Positions 12,701-26,800 of a stretch of 64,000 nucleotides of DNA are shown piece by piece. Under the pieces are notes generated by a model that ran no database searches, was not told the origin of the DNA, and saw only the letters and a program-made list of their open reading frames with translations. The stretch is from Oculina patagonica (Eukaryota). The stretch lies in the NCBI RefSeq assembly GCF_052425735.1, contig NC_135771.1, forward strand, positions 4,526,001-4,590,000. The letters run 5' to 3'. A program made the translations under genes and the position numbers. How positions within the stretch are numbered: position 1 is the first letter of the stretch; each line of letters opens with the position of its first letter.

Positions 12701-15700
12701 GGTTCGAACCTGGACTGCTTAATCAGGAGTCTAGCCCACGAGCCATTGTATATAGGTAAAAAAAAAAATGCAAGATGACTTTTAAGCAAAGACACAAAAT
12801 AACATAAAAGCAGAAACAGCTCATACCTTCAGTCGATCTCTCTGTTTGTAAGGTACATAATGCACGCAATCCACACTGTAAGCAAGTGTATAACGCGTCA
12901 CCCACTGTTTAACAATCTTCCTTCCTTGAGTAGATATCATGGTTATCTTCAGGGTACGACCGATATCAACCTGTATCCACTGGTGATGGTTATTGTGCCT
13001 GGCTGCCCAGCCTCCCATGAACCGACCACCGCGCACGCGCTTCAGTCTTCCAAGGAATGGTGCATGGTAGCGGTCCCACATGGATGAAGCAGTAATCTGA
13101 CTATTTTTAATGCGACCGCTCTGGGCGCCAAGTGGATAGCTGCAAAGTCGTGTCAGTTCTGCAAAAGAATCATCGATTTATTTTCCTTCTATTAATAGAT
13201 CGACTGGCAAAACAAGCAGATTGACTTTGTCAATGGCAGACACATTTTAAAACAAACACCTCTTCAAGAAATATACCCACTAAGCCGCAAAATACAGTCA
13301 CCCCTCCAAGAAAGACACTTCTCGAAGGCAGACACTTTCACAATAATTATAAACAATTCTTTCACTCAGAAACGTTTCTAGAACAGACACACTTCTCAAG
13401 TGAGTTGACCAATAGGCAAACTGTACCTTTTTGACATCCGTAAAGTTCAGCCCTCATGGATATGTGGCTTCTCCAGGATTTGGGGTGAATACGGACATAC
13501 TGGGCCTTGAATGGGCGGAGCAAGGTATATGATACGATTGAATTTCTGTCTGAGTTACCACGGAACATCTAACAAGAGAAAGAGAAAAAACAGCTAAAAC
13601 AAAATGGTTTAGTGTTAACGTTCCGTGGTTTCAAAGGATAACTGATTGGTAACTATTGACTACTGAATTGCTTCACCCATTGAACAGATAAAAAGTGGTC
13701 GGAGTTTTCCCGTGTTAGGTTACACCAATTCTCAGCCACCAAATTTTTATAAGATAACGAACCGTCACGAAAACCTTAGCAAAAACAAATAACCCAGTTT
13801 CATTAACACAGTGTAAGTGGCGAGACATTGTCCTTCGGCAATTGAATTGCCAACAGAAAATCGCTCAGATAGCTGTTCGAAATAACAAACTGTAACGTAT
13901 GTAAATGTATGTGTCCTTTTCCCCAAGAAGTCAACTATTTGCAGGGCAACACACTTGTCACTGGCCTTGTGAGTGAAGTTCGGTCAGTTTTGACTTGTCA
14001 ACGTAATATAATGCTATTTGTAAACGTTAGGTCGTACAATTATGTAATGTTATTTTACAATTACAAAAACTCTTGACTGTTCATTTAAACCCTTAATTGN
14101 NNNNNNNNNNNNNNNNNNNNNNNNNNNNNNNNNNNNNNNNNNNNNNNNNNNNNNNNNNNNNNNNNNNNNNNNNNNNNNNNNNNNNNNNNNNNNNNNNNNN
14201 NNNNNNNNNNNNNNNNNNNNNNNNNNNNNNNNNNNNNTCACCCTGACTTTCCTCCTTTCCCTGTAGGCTGTAAATTTGGACCCATCTCCATATGACAACA
14301 CATACCGTGTCACCCACTGATGGGCGTCACGCCTTCCTTGTGTAGCGATTCCCGTAACACGTGCAATATTTCCAAAGTTTATCTGAAGCCACTGTCGAGC
14401 ATTATTTACACGTGCACTCCAAGAACGTATAGAGTTGATTCGTCCCAGCCACGGTGCCAAGTGGACATTGTAGTATGTTGAGGCACTGAGGGCTCCGTCT
14501 ACGATTCGTTTATCTTCCAAGCCAAGTGGAAGAGCGCAGCGTCCTGAGAATTGGGAATGTTAACAGATAATTTGTATTGTCATCCATAAAGTTTGCTTTG
14601 GATTAAAATAATTATTTAGAAGGCTAAAATATGGTTACAACTCTAAAAGGAAAAACCCGAACGTTTTTCGACTTAAATTAAGTCATCATCAGGGTGATGT
14701 GTTGCAATTTGTTTACATTTTATTAGATGGTCAACAAACTCAATAACAACAAAACTGGTATCAGACGAGAATTATTTTTACATCGCCTGCTGGCTCTAGT
14801 GTTGTCCAAGCCAAGACAAAAACGAATCGTAAGCGCCGAAAAAATATGGAAATAAGTGAACACGAGGCAAGATGGAGACAAGGTATGTATTCTGTATATA
14901 CATTTAAAATAGCGCTCAGTGCTAGCATATAATGCTGATTTTTGATGCTATGAAATGACTAGGAATATCGCTTCTTCTCCAACAAACCGAAAACGTAAAA
15001 CAGTACAAACTGAACTACTAAGGGACAAAAAATGTTTACCAGCCGGACAGCCATTGAGTTCAACTCTCATGGAGATGTGTCGGTACCATCCCTTGGGAAG
15101 AATACGTATAAACCTGGCGCGAGCAATTGGGAAAAGTCTGTGCTGCTTGATAGTGTTCCTGTCACGGTTTCCAGCGAAATACTAATGAAATAAAGCAGAA
15201 AGAGAAACAATGTTTTTATTAAAATAAAATCAAAAAGGAAGCAAACTATCATTACTTACTTTGTGAGCGTATCACTACTTTGTACAGTATTACTGAGAGA
15301 TTCAACAGGCTGGGTTAATCGTTACGATTAATTAACGCATTTAGCTAAACAAAACATGACAGCTAAATACAGGTACGTTTAAATGTTTAAATTGGAAGTG
15401 TTGTTGACAACATTTTGTGTTAAAAAAAACGAAACGCATGTTGCAAACCATTTATTGTTTGATTAGACGAGAGAACTGTTTGTTCACTGGTACTAATGGC
15501 AAGATAAAAGCCCAAATGCAAGGTTTGCAACAACAAACCAAGCTAACTGCCACCTTCTTCGACAGCCGTGGCACTAGCTGATAAATTCACCACGTCATAC
15601 GCTGAAAGGAGAAAAACTGTGTAGCCTTAATATATAACTCCAAGGCCAGCTTAGCCAGAACCAGTTTTACGAAACGATGCATATAAAATATAAACTGACG

Positions 15701-18700
15701 TATTCAAGCAACAGACCCAGCGAATTGTAAGCGTCCTTACTAACTCTTAATGTCTTAACCAATTAAAAGAAGAAATGCTACCTAACCATTGAATAGGAAG
15801 CAAAAACGTTGAACGATAGCAGCTTTTCTCTCTTCACATCAAAGAACAACTCAAAAAAAACATACCCATGCTCTTCCCTGTGACCAATAGGTGGTGAAAT
15901 GAGCTCCATCAATACTGTAAGACAGCATATATCTGGTCACCCACTGACTAGCGTCGCTTCTTCCTTGTGTCGCAACACTTGTCACTTTCATTGGCACTCG
16001 CATGTCAATTTGTAGCCATTGATGATGATTATTCACCCTCGCTGACCACGCTCCCATAGTCCTTCCAGTTCGCTTCTGGTTCAACCTGGCCAGGCGGGCA
16101 CCATGGTTTATGTCCCACTCGGATGAGGCGCTGATCTGGTTGCTGCGTATGCGGCGGTTTTCCATTCCCATTGGTCTGTTGCATTGCGGGCCTGCAAGTT
16201 TCATGGGGTTCGTAATGAACCAAAGCTTCCTTGTCTCAGTTGTTCAAAGGAAGGATAATGTTATCCACTGGATAAATCGCTATTAAGTGAATAAGTGTCA
16301 ACAAAACTAAGTACACTATTCACGGGATAGTAATTTATCCGGTAGATAGTAAAATTCCCCTTTTAAAAGAGTGAGACCTGAAAACGGATGGACAAGGCTC
16401 TCCACGGCCCAGATGTTCACAGGATGGATGTTATACACCGAATTATTCGCTATACAGCGGAAAACTGTTGTCAGAACATACTACGCTTTCCTATCTGCGT
16501 AGTGATTTATCCGGAAGAATACAAAGAGAAGAATGGTAGAGAATAAAGGAAATGTTTGGTGGCCACCTAAAATTGGCAGAATGTTACTTCAACTTTTCTA
16601 GGAAGCATATGTCAAAAAGAGTCAAAAAGTCAATAATGTTCAAACAAATTGTCAATTAAACTGAACAAGAGTTTGTGATTTAAAAAATTTACTGACCAAT
16701 GATGCATCCATAAAACTCCACCCTCATGGACATCCAACCACGGTAGGCTCTGGGGTGGACGCGAACATATCGAGCGATGATTGGTCGGTTAAAGGTATGA
16801 GTTACCACAACGTAACGGTCGTAGTTCCCTCGGAATAACTACAACAGAGAAGGAATCGTAAAACATTATGTGGGTTGATAGAACTTTACATACGAAACAA
16901 AGAGCAGCAACATAAACAGAGTCCAATACTTATCGAAAACTTAAAAGGATAAGCAAGTGTTAAGTACTTCGAGACTCGGCAAAAATATTCAGGAACTCAG
17001 AAAACAGTCACGTGTAACGTTACCTTGATTACTCTAACCTTTCTGTGTAATATTTGTAACTAGAGCCCAACAACAACAAAATCCAACATTTATCGCAAAA
17101 TTAAAATGATAAGCAAGTGTTAAGTAGTTCGAGAATAGGCAACATATTTAATTAAGAACCAGGAACATAACCACATGTTACGTTACCTTGATTACTCTTC
17201 TTTCTGTGTAGTATTTATAACTAGAGCCGTCACGGCTGTAAGTTATTCTGTAAGTCTTGACCCACTGTTCGGCATCAAATCGGCCTTGAGTGGCGATTCC
17301 TGTTACACGAGTCACTGCTTCAAAATCAACCTGTAAGGAAGATGCAAGTCAGAAAGAAGTTACTTATAATGATACGTTTCTGCACATTTAATATTTGCAC
17401 TTCAGTAGATGTAGTTTCAAGATAGAGTTTCCACTACTGTCAAAGCTTTTAATTACCTATGCGAAATATCTCGTACTTTTAGGACATCGTGTAGCACACT
17501 TCGTTGCAAAGAATGACTTGTAGAGGCTTAATACTAATTATTAAAGCCCAGACTACGTTGTCTAATAAGCCTTTAGAATTGATATCTGTTTGTTCTGGGT
17601 TTATGAACATAGTTTAATTGATGGCTATACAAAAATTATGCTTGTCAGTAGGACACACTTGGAGAATTGCGCCTTTTAACTTTAGTTCTAACACATTGTT
17701 TTGCGACTTTTTAAAACACTCAAACCAGTTACTGTGCTTTCCAGCTATGCTCTAGAGATAGTGTTAACTATTTTCTTTTCTCTTTTGTTTCCGAGGGATT
17801 GTATCACATGGTTTGAACCTATATGTGAGCAACCATATAGAAGGCATTGAGACGATCATGTTTAACCATCAGTGATTTTCCCTCTTATTGGTTAACTCAT
17901 TTCAGCTATCCACTGCACCTGTAACCACTGTCTCTGGTCGTTTTTACGCGCACACCACGAACCACCCAGTCTTGACACCCTCCTCTGATGAAGGCGAGCA
18001 TTCCACGGTCCACAGTAAAAACTGTGGTACGATGAAGCTGTGATTAGACGGATTGGCAATACGCCGGTCCGCGACACCAAGAGGCATGTTACATTTGTCT
18101 GAAAGAGAAAGAGTTATGACACTGTTAGGTTATTATACTTCCGTCCTTCTTGTACTTTTTTAATTCACCACTAGTAGTCTTCACTTCACACAGCTCATGT
18201 TCAGGATTTTACGCTAGCTACGAAATTTACAAATTTTACGATTTTTGAAGGTGTGTGCGAAAAGTGCAAAATTTGCAAAAAATTGCGAAAATTACAAAAA
18301 ATTGCAAGAGCAAATTTTGGCGCTTTTCGCAAACACCTGGCAAGAATTTGTTAATTTGATCATTTTTGGTAGATGTGTTCAATCCTGGACGTGACTCTTC
18401 GCATCCAGATCTCAAATCATCTGATGCGCTTATTACATGAACCATATGAAGCACACAACACTTTTGTTTAAAAGATTTCAGGGGCTTACATAGGTGAAAG
18501 GTATCCACTTACTTTCTGGGCATCCATAAAGTTCCAGTCTCATTGCAATGTAACTGTACCAGCCTTTGGGTACAACACGGAAGTAGAGAGCTTTGATTGG
18601 TGGAGAGAAGGCGTGGTTCCTTACTGTGTATCGATCGCTGTTAGCTGGGAAATACTGAAAAAAAGATATAAATGTATAACGTTAGTGTGCAGAAAAGCGA

Positions 18701-20820
18701 ATTTAATTGTGGGTTTAACTCTGAATGCTTTGGTACAATTAAAATACTCATAATATAAACTCTCCATTTTGAATATATGTTTCTTGTATGCGAGTTCGTG
18801 GTGGTTAAACAATGGCTCTTAGTTTATACATCTGTTCTGCGACATTCTTCACAGCACGCTTGTAAACTAAACCACTGGACAAGGCTAGCAAACGCTTAGT
18901 CTAGCAAGAACAGAACGTCTTCCGTTGTGCATTGGTTTGTCCTTTTCATCCCCAACAAGACAGGTGTGTGAGATTCAGCCCGAAAAATTTGTACTTATTA
19001 TAGTTATGTAACACTACAGAGATCCACATACTGCCTTGGAAGTGGTCGTTTCTTTATCGAAAACTAACAAAGTTACCAATTACGATTTTCTGTAGCGTTA
19101 CTCAAACATTATTATGGAATTATTGGTTTGAATCTGAGTCATCTTTCTCAGTCGTACGGGATGGAAATGACCTTGCAGGAGAAAAATCTCGCTTTCCCAG
19201 GCCAGCAAAGGTTTATCACCGCCTTTTACAGACCAGAAGACAATCTTAACAAAGACCAGTCCCTGTTCCCTTAAGAGAAAGAATGTCATAACGCAGGTAT
19301 ACCTTATAATTTCCATACTCCATGTAATATTCAAAATGCATGTTATCTTGACTGAACGCCACCAAATAACGTGTCACCCATTGATTAGCATCCTGCCTTC
19401 CTTGTGTCGCAATTCCCGTGATTTTCATTGGTCGACCCAGAGCAACCTGAAGCCACTGATTGGCATTTCTAACGCGTGCAACCCAGGCTCCCATATAACG
19501 GCCAGTGCGTGTGCGGTGGAGTCGGGCGAGATATGCGCCGTGGTAGACGTTGTAGGATGACGAGGCAGTCATGGCAGTGTTCTTAATTCGGCCGCCCTGT
19601 ATACCAACTGGGGCAGCACATGGTCGAGCTGAAATATGAAATTTTGGAGTTAGTAAAAATATATTCTTTTTACAGTCAAATACATTAGAATGTTAGCTCT
19701 GTTGTACAAGAATGGAAGACACAGCAGTCCCTTTTTCGCAGAGTCGAGAGCGGGAAGCGAAAAAAAAAGACCGCGCAAAAAGGGGACAAAGCGAAAAAGA
19801 TCGCCCCACCCGCCTCGTCCCACCCGTCAACGCCCAAGCAGACGGACCGACGGACCGCGAAAAAAAGGGACGCTCGTAGTCAGACCGGACAGGTAAGATA
19901 ATAAAAAGAAGTATAACTTTCGAGCATTGTAAATGACACTTCCATACAAAGAAAGAATTTGTAAATGACACTTCCATACAAATTGAGGCAACCTTGAAAA
20001 AAAAGACGGGGCTAGGTTTTTAAATTTTAGCTGAATGCAATCAGTTTCAATCTTCTCTGATTTTGCCCAACGTGCCCCCTTTTAGCTTTTCTGTGTTTCT
20101 TATAGTTCTCCTACAGTTTTTAACCACATTATAATGTAGTAATTCAGTTACTTTTTTCGACCAGTTGGTCCGTGCTGACATTGCGTGAAATTGCGTGACA
20201 CATTTGCAAGAACACACTCTTTTAACTACCACAGTAAGACACTACCTCTCTGGAACCTCTATTTTCATTCGCCCGCTGTAAACACTACCTCTATTTTTAT
20301 TGGGGTGGGGTTTTTTTCCTTTTTTTTTTTTTTTTAAGAACCAATGAATTAATGTTCCGAGGGGGGGGGGCGACCCAACTAGCAGATTTAGCTACATACC
20401 AGCCAGGCAACCATAAAATTCAACCCTCATTGAAATGTGGCTGCGCCAAGATTTGGGATGGACTCGTACAAACTGTGCTTTAAATGGTGGAACAAATCTG
20501 TAGGCAACTGTTGTGTGGCGGTCAAAATTACCACGGAAAAGCTAGAAGAAAAACGTAAATGTAGCAACGTTAGATCACTGTTAACAATATCGTTACAATA
20601 CTCGCCTAATATAATAGATGTATTTAACGTGCTCTGAATTTTAATATTTTACATTCAAGCTAAACGAAATGATTTAGGAAGCTGAAAAGCTAAACGTGAA
20701 AATAGGTAAATTCAACAGAGACATTTCGTTGTGCTCCCAATATCGCATTTACAACGTTGAGACACAAATTTAAAGGAAATGAAAAGGAAACTTTACAAGC
20801 TAAATATGAAAAGAAAATTT

Positions 20821-20863
<43 letters not shown>

Positions 20864-23800
20864 TTAAAGAAAACAGACTTTACTTATCAATAAACTACAC
20901 ATTTCCTATTTCCTCATAATTTAAACGTTTATCCCTGTAAGGGTAAATTGAGACCACTTCTGAAACCAAACGTTTCTTCTTTGATCAAGATACCGAATGA
21001 AGCACCTCCTCATCACTTTCAACGTAACTTTATTTTTTCGCGTTGTGAGATGAGAAAGGAAAAGGAGTTGCGAAGCGAGAATTCAAGCGAGCTAAGGAAC
21101 AATTCAAGCTTAGTCCACATGCACTATGTGTTTATAATGGATAATTAACACAATTCACCCTTGTTCGTCCATACTGCTTGTAAGGGAAGAATGTTCTGCC
21201 ATTTCTGCTGTATGACACAACATATGACATCACCCACTGGTGAGCATCTTGCCTTCCTTGAGTGGCCACACCCGTGAGGCGGCCCATGACACCAAAGTCA
21301 ACCTAATTAAACAAGAAATTAACATTATTACTCACAAAGATTGAAATACTGAATTGCAAAATGGATTGGGAATTAATTAGGTGTTTTGTAGAGGAAATGC
21401 TTTAGGTACAAATACGTTTTATGTTGAGGAACAGCTTTAACGACTGTTAAGTGTAGTGCCGGACGTATTAAAGTTTATTTCCTCGATAAACGTCATTTAC
21501 CCAAAGTGAATTGGGCCCTTAAACTATCTAAAACCTTAAAGGGCTAGGTTGTTTGAAAAATCATTAGTCTTGCATTTTAAAATGAGCATAGAGGAATGCA
21601 ATGCTGTTAAATGGGGAAAAGGAAAAGGGATCATGCGGGAAAATAAACACTTTCCTTTTGAAGACATTAAATTCGAAGATGCATTGCTTTCTCGCTTACA
21701 TATTTCTTTGCAAACTTTACACTTACTTATGAAACCTGTTAGAACCTACACTGAGATGTTTTCCAAACTTTGCCTATTGATTATTTATCTTATAGGAGCG
21801 TAGATTTTAAAAACAAAAACCGAGGGTACCCATGCTTGTTTAGGAGTAACAGCACCTTGTTCATAACTAATAAATCCATATAATATCACCATGATTATAG
21901 TCACGATGGCTTGCTAAATTCACGTTTCCAACTATTATTTCTTATTCTACACTGAGAATTGATCCATATTTATTCCACAGAATGAAAGCTTCTATTTAAT
22001 TCAAAACAACAGAAAATAATGATAGGTCACCGTACTCGTTTAGGAGAAATTGACGATTTACCTCTCTGGCATGGTCCAGCGTAAAGAAAAAAGCCGCCAT
22101 TTTTGGGTGCGCGCGCTAATCACACGTGAAATTATGCGCAGTAGAGATGCGCAATGCAATACTGTGGAATAACCCTAACCCTAAATGCTGCCTCATTAAA
22201 GTACACAAAGATATATGTACCTGCAGCCATTGTCTAGCGTTATTTCTCTGGGCACACCAGGCCCCAGTCCTACCACGACTAGCATACATGTTGAGTCGCC
22301 CGCGATCTGGGCCGTGTTTAGAGTTATAACTTGAAGAAGCAGACAATGCACCGCTTGAGATACGACGATCTTCTAGACCAATAGGAACCTTGCACCTCCC
22401 TGGATAGGAAATAAGGGCATAATTATTTAACTTGTATAACATCAAGTGGAGACAATGCTGTTGAATACCGAATGATGCATTAAAACAATGACCAATGTAT
22501 CACTACTTTACACAGCATGAAAATGGAGATTTACAGGAAACAAAAGGTGGCTTAAATCTCCTTAAAGTTGGTCATCCCACTTTAAGCTATCAGTTTAAAT
22601 GTTACTTTTAAAGATAAGAGGTGAAAGTTTCAGAAATACAGTTAAAATTCCTTTACTTTACGAGAAATTTGGAATCTGCCTTGTATGATAACAATGTAAC
22701 AAATGCCATTAGCTCGGAGAAAACAATTTTGCCCCTAACTTTTTCTTGCCTGTAGCACCGACAACAGTGTTATCCCAAACTCATTAATTATTCATCAAAA
22801 TAAAACAAAGGAAATCAGAACCGTGGCGGTGATTTGAATATGATCTTAATTTCCAAAGATTTTTTACGATTTTATTTCTGCTTTCTCAACAGTTTTAGTT
22901 TTGATTGAGAAGATATATCAGACACTCGAGAGAGTGTTTCATCACATTTCAAAACACCTCGAAGTTTGTCAAAAATACTCCGCCGCGCGTCCTATTTTCA
23001 ACTCTCTTCTCGGTGTTTAGAAATGTGATGAATCAGTCTCTCTCGCGCGTTGACATATTACATCAAATTGTTATGAGTAAAATACAAAGTGAATTTCTAA
23101 AGAAACAGTAAGATGTAACCTACCGATAGCACAGCCATAGAGCTCAACTCTGGTAGAGATGTGTCTGTACCAGGACCTGATGTGAAGTCGCACAAAACGG
23201 CCTCGGATTGGTGGGATGAGGGCATGGGAAACAACTGTGTTTCTATCACGGTTAGCTTGGAAAATCTGTCGAATGGAGATGTGGTAAAATATCGTATTAT
23301 TTCTCTTCCTACGTCTCGAAATAACGTTTAATATGTAAATCTTACTAGTCGATTGACACGGTCGTGGTGAAAACATATTTCTACAATAGTCTAAAATTAT
23401 CAATGTCATTTAATGCTTACTACGAGCAGAATTCAATAGCTTAAAATGTAAGCGCGTAGTTCCATCCAGTGAAGAAAACAAAAATACCCTGATTTTTCCC
23501 TGATAGAAAATAACACTGATAGAATGAAAAGAAGCTAATTAATCCTTTAAATCTCCTTTTACTTATTTTTTGGATAGGACAACTAGCATTGGCCACAACA
23601 GGACAGCCGTTATAAACTATGCTCATAATTAACCTTAGCTTGAAATAAAATTCGTGACTTTTCTTTAACTTTGACCATAAAAATGGATTTCCTTGAGAGA
23701 TACTGAATTCCCTGACTTTTCAATTTTCTGACGGAAATTTTTTGACCTGTGGCAACCACGTTTACCTGCATACAAATAACTGGAAATAAAACCCACCTTC

Positions 23801-26800
23801 TTCCTGTTGCGTTCAAAATAAGATGCAAAATAAACGCCGTCCTGACCATACAGTAAATAATACGATGTAACCCACTGGTTAACATTGGGTCGGCCTTGAG
23901 TAGATATACGGACCACTTTAGTTGATCTCCCTAAGTCAATCTGTAACCACTGGTAAGCGTTGTTTGTTCTTGCAGACCAGCTGCCCATGTAGCGACCCCT
24001 GCGTTTGTTTTGTAGTCGAGCTAAATGAGGAGCATGGTAATTGTCCCAGCGAGAGGATGATGTCATGGCTACATTTTTGATGCGGCCATTCTGCATTCCC
24101 AGTGGACGATTGCATAGTTTACCTGTAAAGGCAATGTCATATACAGTGTTAAGATTTTTTCGGTGCTCTGACGTGACTTCATTATCCTAGTTTTTTCTTA
24201 TTCAAAATCTCTCCATGTACAGCATAGGACTGCTAAAAATAATGTTGATGGTAGCACAGTCGAACATCTCCTCAGGACACCACCATAATACGGACACACT
24301 TCCCTGGCTTTTGGTGTCCGTATTAATGAGGTTCGACTGTACTTCCAATACGCACATATCACGATTGTCTAATGACGTTTAAATAATGATGGACTGAGAA
24401 AGGGAGTAATCTTTCTTACAGAGCGTTTAATACTCCCAAAACACGTCACTGAGGCGTTAGCACGTTACTTTGTATAGGATAGGGGACAGCTATTTTTGAC
24501 AGCACTTAAATGATAATGTAGTTATTGCATAAATTCGTTGAGAACGAAACGAATAGTTTGTTGTAAGTGGGAATTTGTTACATCGGAAGTTCGTTATACC
24601 ACCATACATGATAAAGTTCGGTCACTGTGCTAAGACATTTTCTGTGATTTTACAACGTTAATTTTTTTGGACTGTTTCTTTCCTTTGTTTTTTTCTCTAT
24701 TAAGGTATTTGTAGTATCAGGGTTGCCTTGTACTAGAAATGTTTTACTTTACGTGTTCTTACCTAGCCTGCAGCCGTAAAGTTCTACTCTCATAGAGATG
24801 TGACTTCGCCACGTTCTGGGGTGAATACGTACATAGCGTGCTTTGAATGGGCGGAGGAAGCGGTGCGTTACTACGAAATTCCTTTCGAAGTTTCCTCTGA
24901 AAATCTGTGTAAAACGAATTAAAAAAGGAGACATCAGGAAATAGGTGTTATTTTAATGTCCACGGATTTATTAGGCAAGCCCTCAACTATACTCTACTCG
25001 TAAAGGTAGACAAATTGTGATTTGTATATGTAATCACAACACAATAGAAGGCTTTCCAATGAAGATATTCCTTCAGAAATCTAAGATCAAGATTATGAAA
25101 TTCTCCTTACTTATCGACACGCATTCTGTTAATGTTATTTGTAAGAATTTATTGGTACATCAGGACAATATCTCCTAGTTGATGATTTTCTTTGTTCTCA
25201 TCATTTGCCGACATTGCTGAGCTCTGTGTACGGTAAAAAAAAACACAATTACGTCACCTTAGTCCTCCTTCCTTCCTTATATGGGATAAATCTGACGTTG
25301 TTTAAGCTGTAGGACACTGCATAACTCGTGACCCACTGGTCAGCGTCATATCTACCCTGAGTAGCGATTCTCTTCAGTCGGCTGACAGTTCCCAAGTCTA
25401 TATTCAGCCATTGCCTCATATTGTTGTACCTGGTGGTAGGTAAGAGTGTTACATCATGACAGATTAGTTGAAATGCTGGTTTCACGATTTTTTCATTTAT
25501 TCGCAGTTGAAAGAGCATCCGGTATCTATACAGTCAACTGTCTCTAAAACGGAGATCGTCGGGACCGGCTCCAGCTGTCCGTCTTAGAGAGTTGTCCATC
25601 TTATAGAGAGTTAAGTTACAGTTAAATAACTGAAAAAGGACAGGGACAGGACCAACTCCAGGTGTCCGTCTCATAGAGGTGTTCGTTAGACAGAGTTGAC
25701 TGTATTAGGAAACATAAGTATGCAAACAAACACAGTAGAAAGAGTTACGAACTTTGCAGAGTAAATTGTAGTCAAAGGCAGGTTAAAAATGCACTAAAAA
25801 TAGGAAAAAGTAATATAGTGAACACCATTTTCATAAAAATAGCAATAACGTTTTGAAAAGTTATTGAACTCTGAAACAGTTTGTTTACGGAATATAAGAG
25901 CATCTTTACAACGAGAATTTTGTAGTGCTGAAAAAAAAAACATGAACTAAATTTGAACATTTAAGACTAAGTTTGTCAAGTACAACAGTATGGTACTTAC
26001 TTTGCGATCCAGCCTCCTCGTACATAGCCGTGATTCCTGGACTGCAGTCTGGCATTCCATGGTCCATAGTAATAGTTATACATGGAGGATGCTGTCACAG
26101 CCTGCTTGGTTACGCGGCCGTCTTCCATTCCCAAAGGAACATCACAAGGATCTGATAAATAAATGAAACAAAGAAAACGTAGTAAAAAATAACACATGTG
26201 CGTAACGAATGAGTAACAAGTAAAATAAACTCTTCTTCCGCAATTCACGGTTGCAAAGGAAAGTTTCATATTTTTCTGAGGACAGTGCAGTGTGGTGGGG
26301 TGTTGTTGGCCAAGGTGAGGTACCAATGAGATTTTTGATCACGTTATCAAGACTTGTATGTTACAGACTCTCAGTTGGCGGGGCTGTAGCGCCGGGCAAG
26401 TGAGGAAAAATGAGAGGTGGGCAGGAGAGATTGGGACGCCAAATCCCCTTTGGCACTCCTTCCTTCTCAGAACACCCTCGCTCCCACTCTCACCTTGCTT
26501 TTCGTAAACTTTTCTTTCGCCACCAATCTACAGCTTGGAAAAGGCTATATCAAGACAGCGTTCGAATAAGATTTAAATGCAAATTGTCGATCAAGAATTC
26601 CAGCGGGTCAATGGAAAAAATCTCACTAAATCACCAGACATTTTCTGAGAATTTGTCGGGTCAGGTAGCTAACCTCGTCGGGTTTTTGACCTGAGAACCA
26701 TCTCTTATCTGGAACACTCTTGCAATTATACAGCGTTCTGCTAGCTATCTAGGATGATTAGCCAAAGTCCAGGGAATAAGACTGGGCACATCACTCCAAG

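Noticed and set aside
11398-18062. Programmed frameshifting or RNA editing as the explanation for the two +1 shifts
   Set aside because: No shared slippery sequence is visible; sequencing error or a null allele is more parsimonious until reads are checked.
19690-19977. Basic ORFs on both strands in the D26-D27 intron
   Set aside because: Low-complexity, repeat-like sequence with no domain similarity or fitting splice structure.
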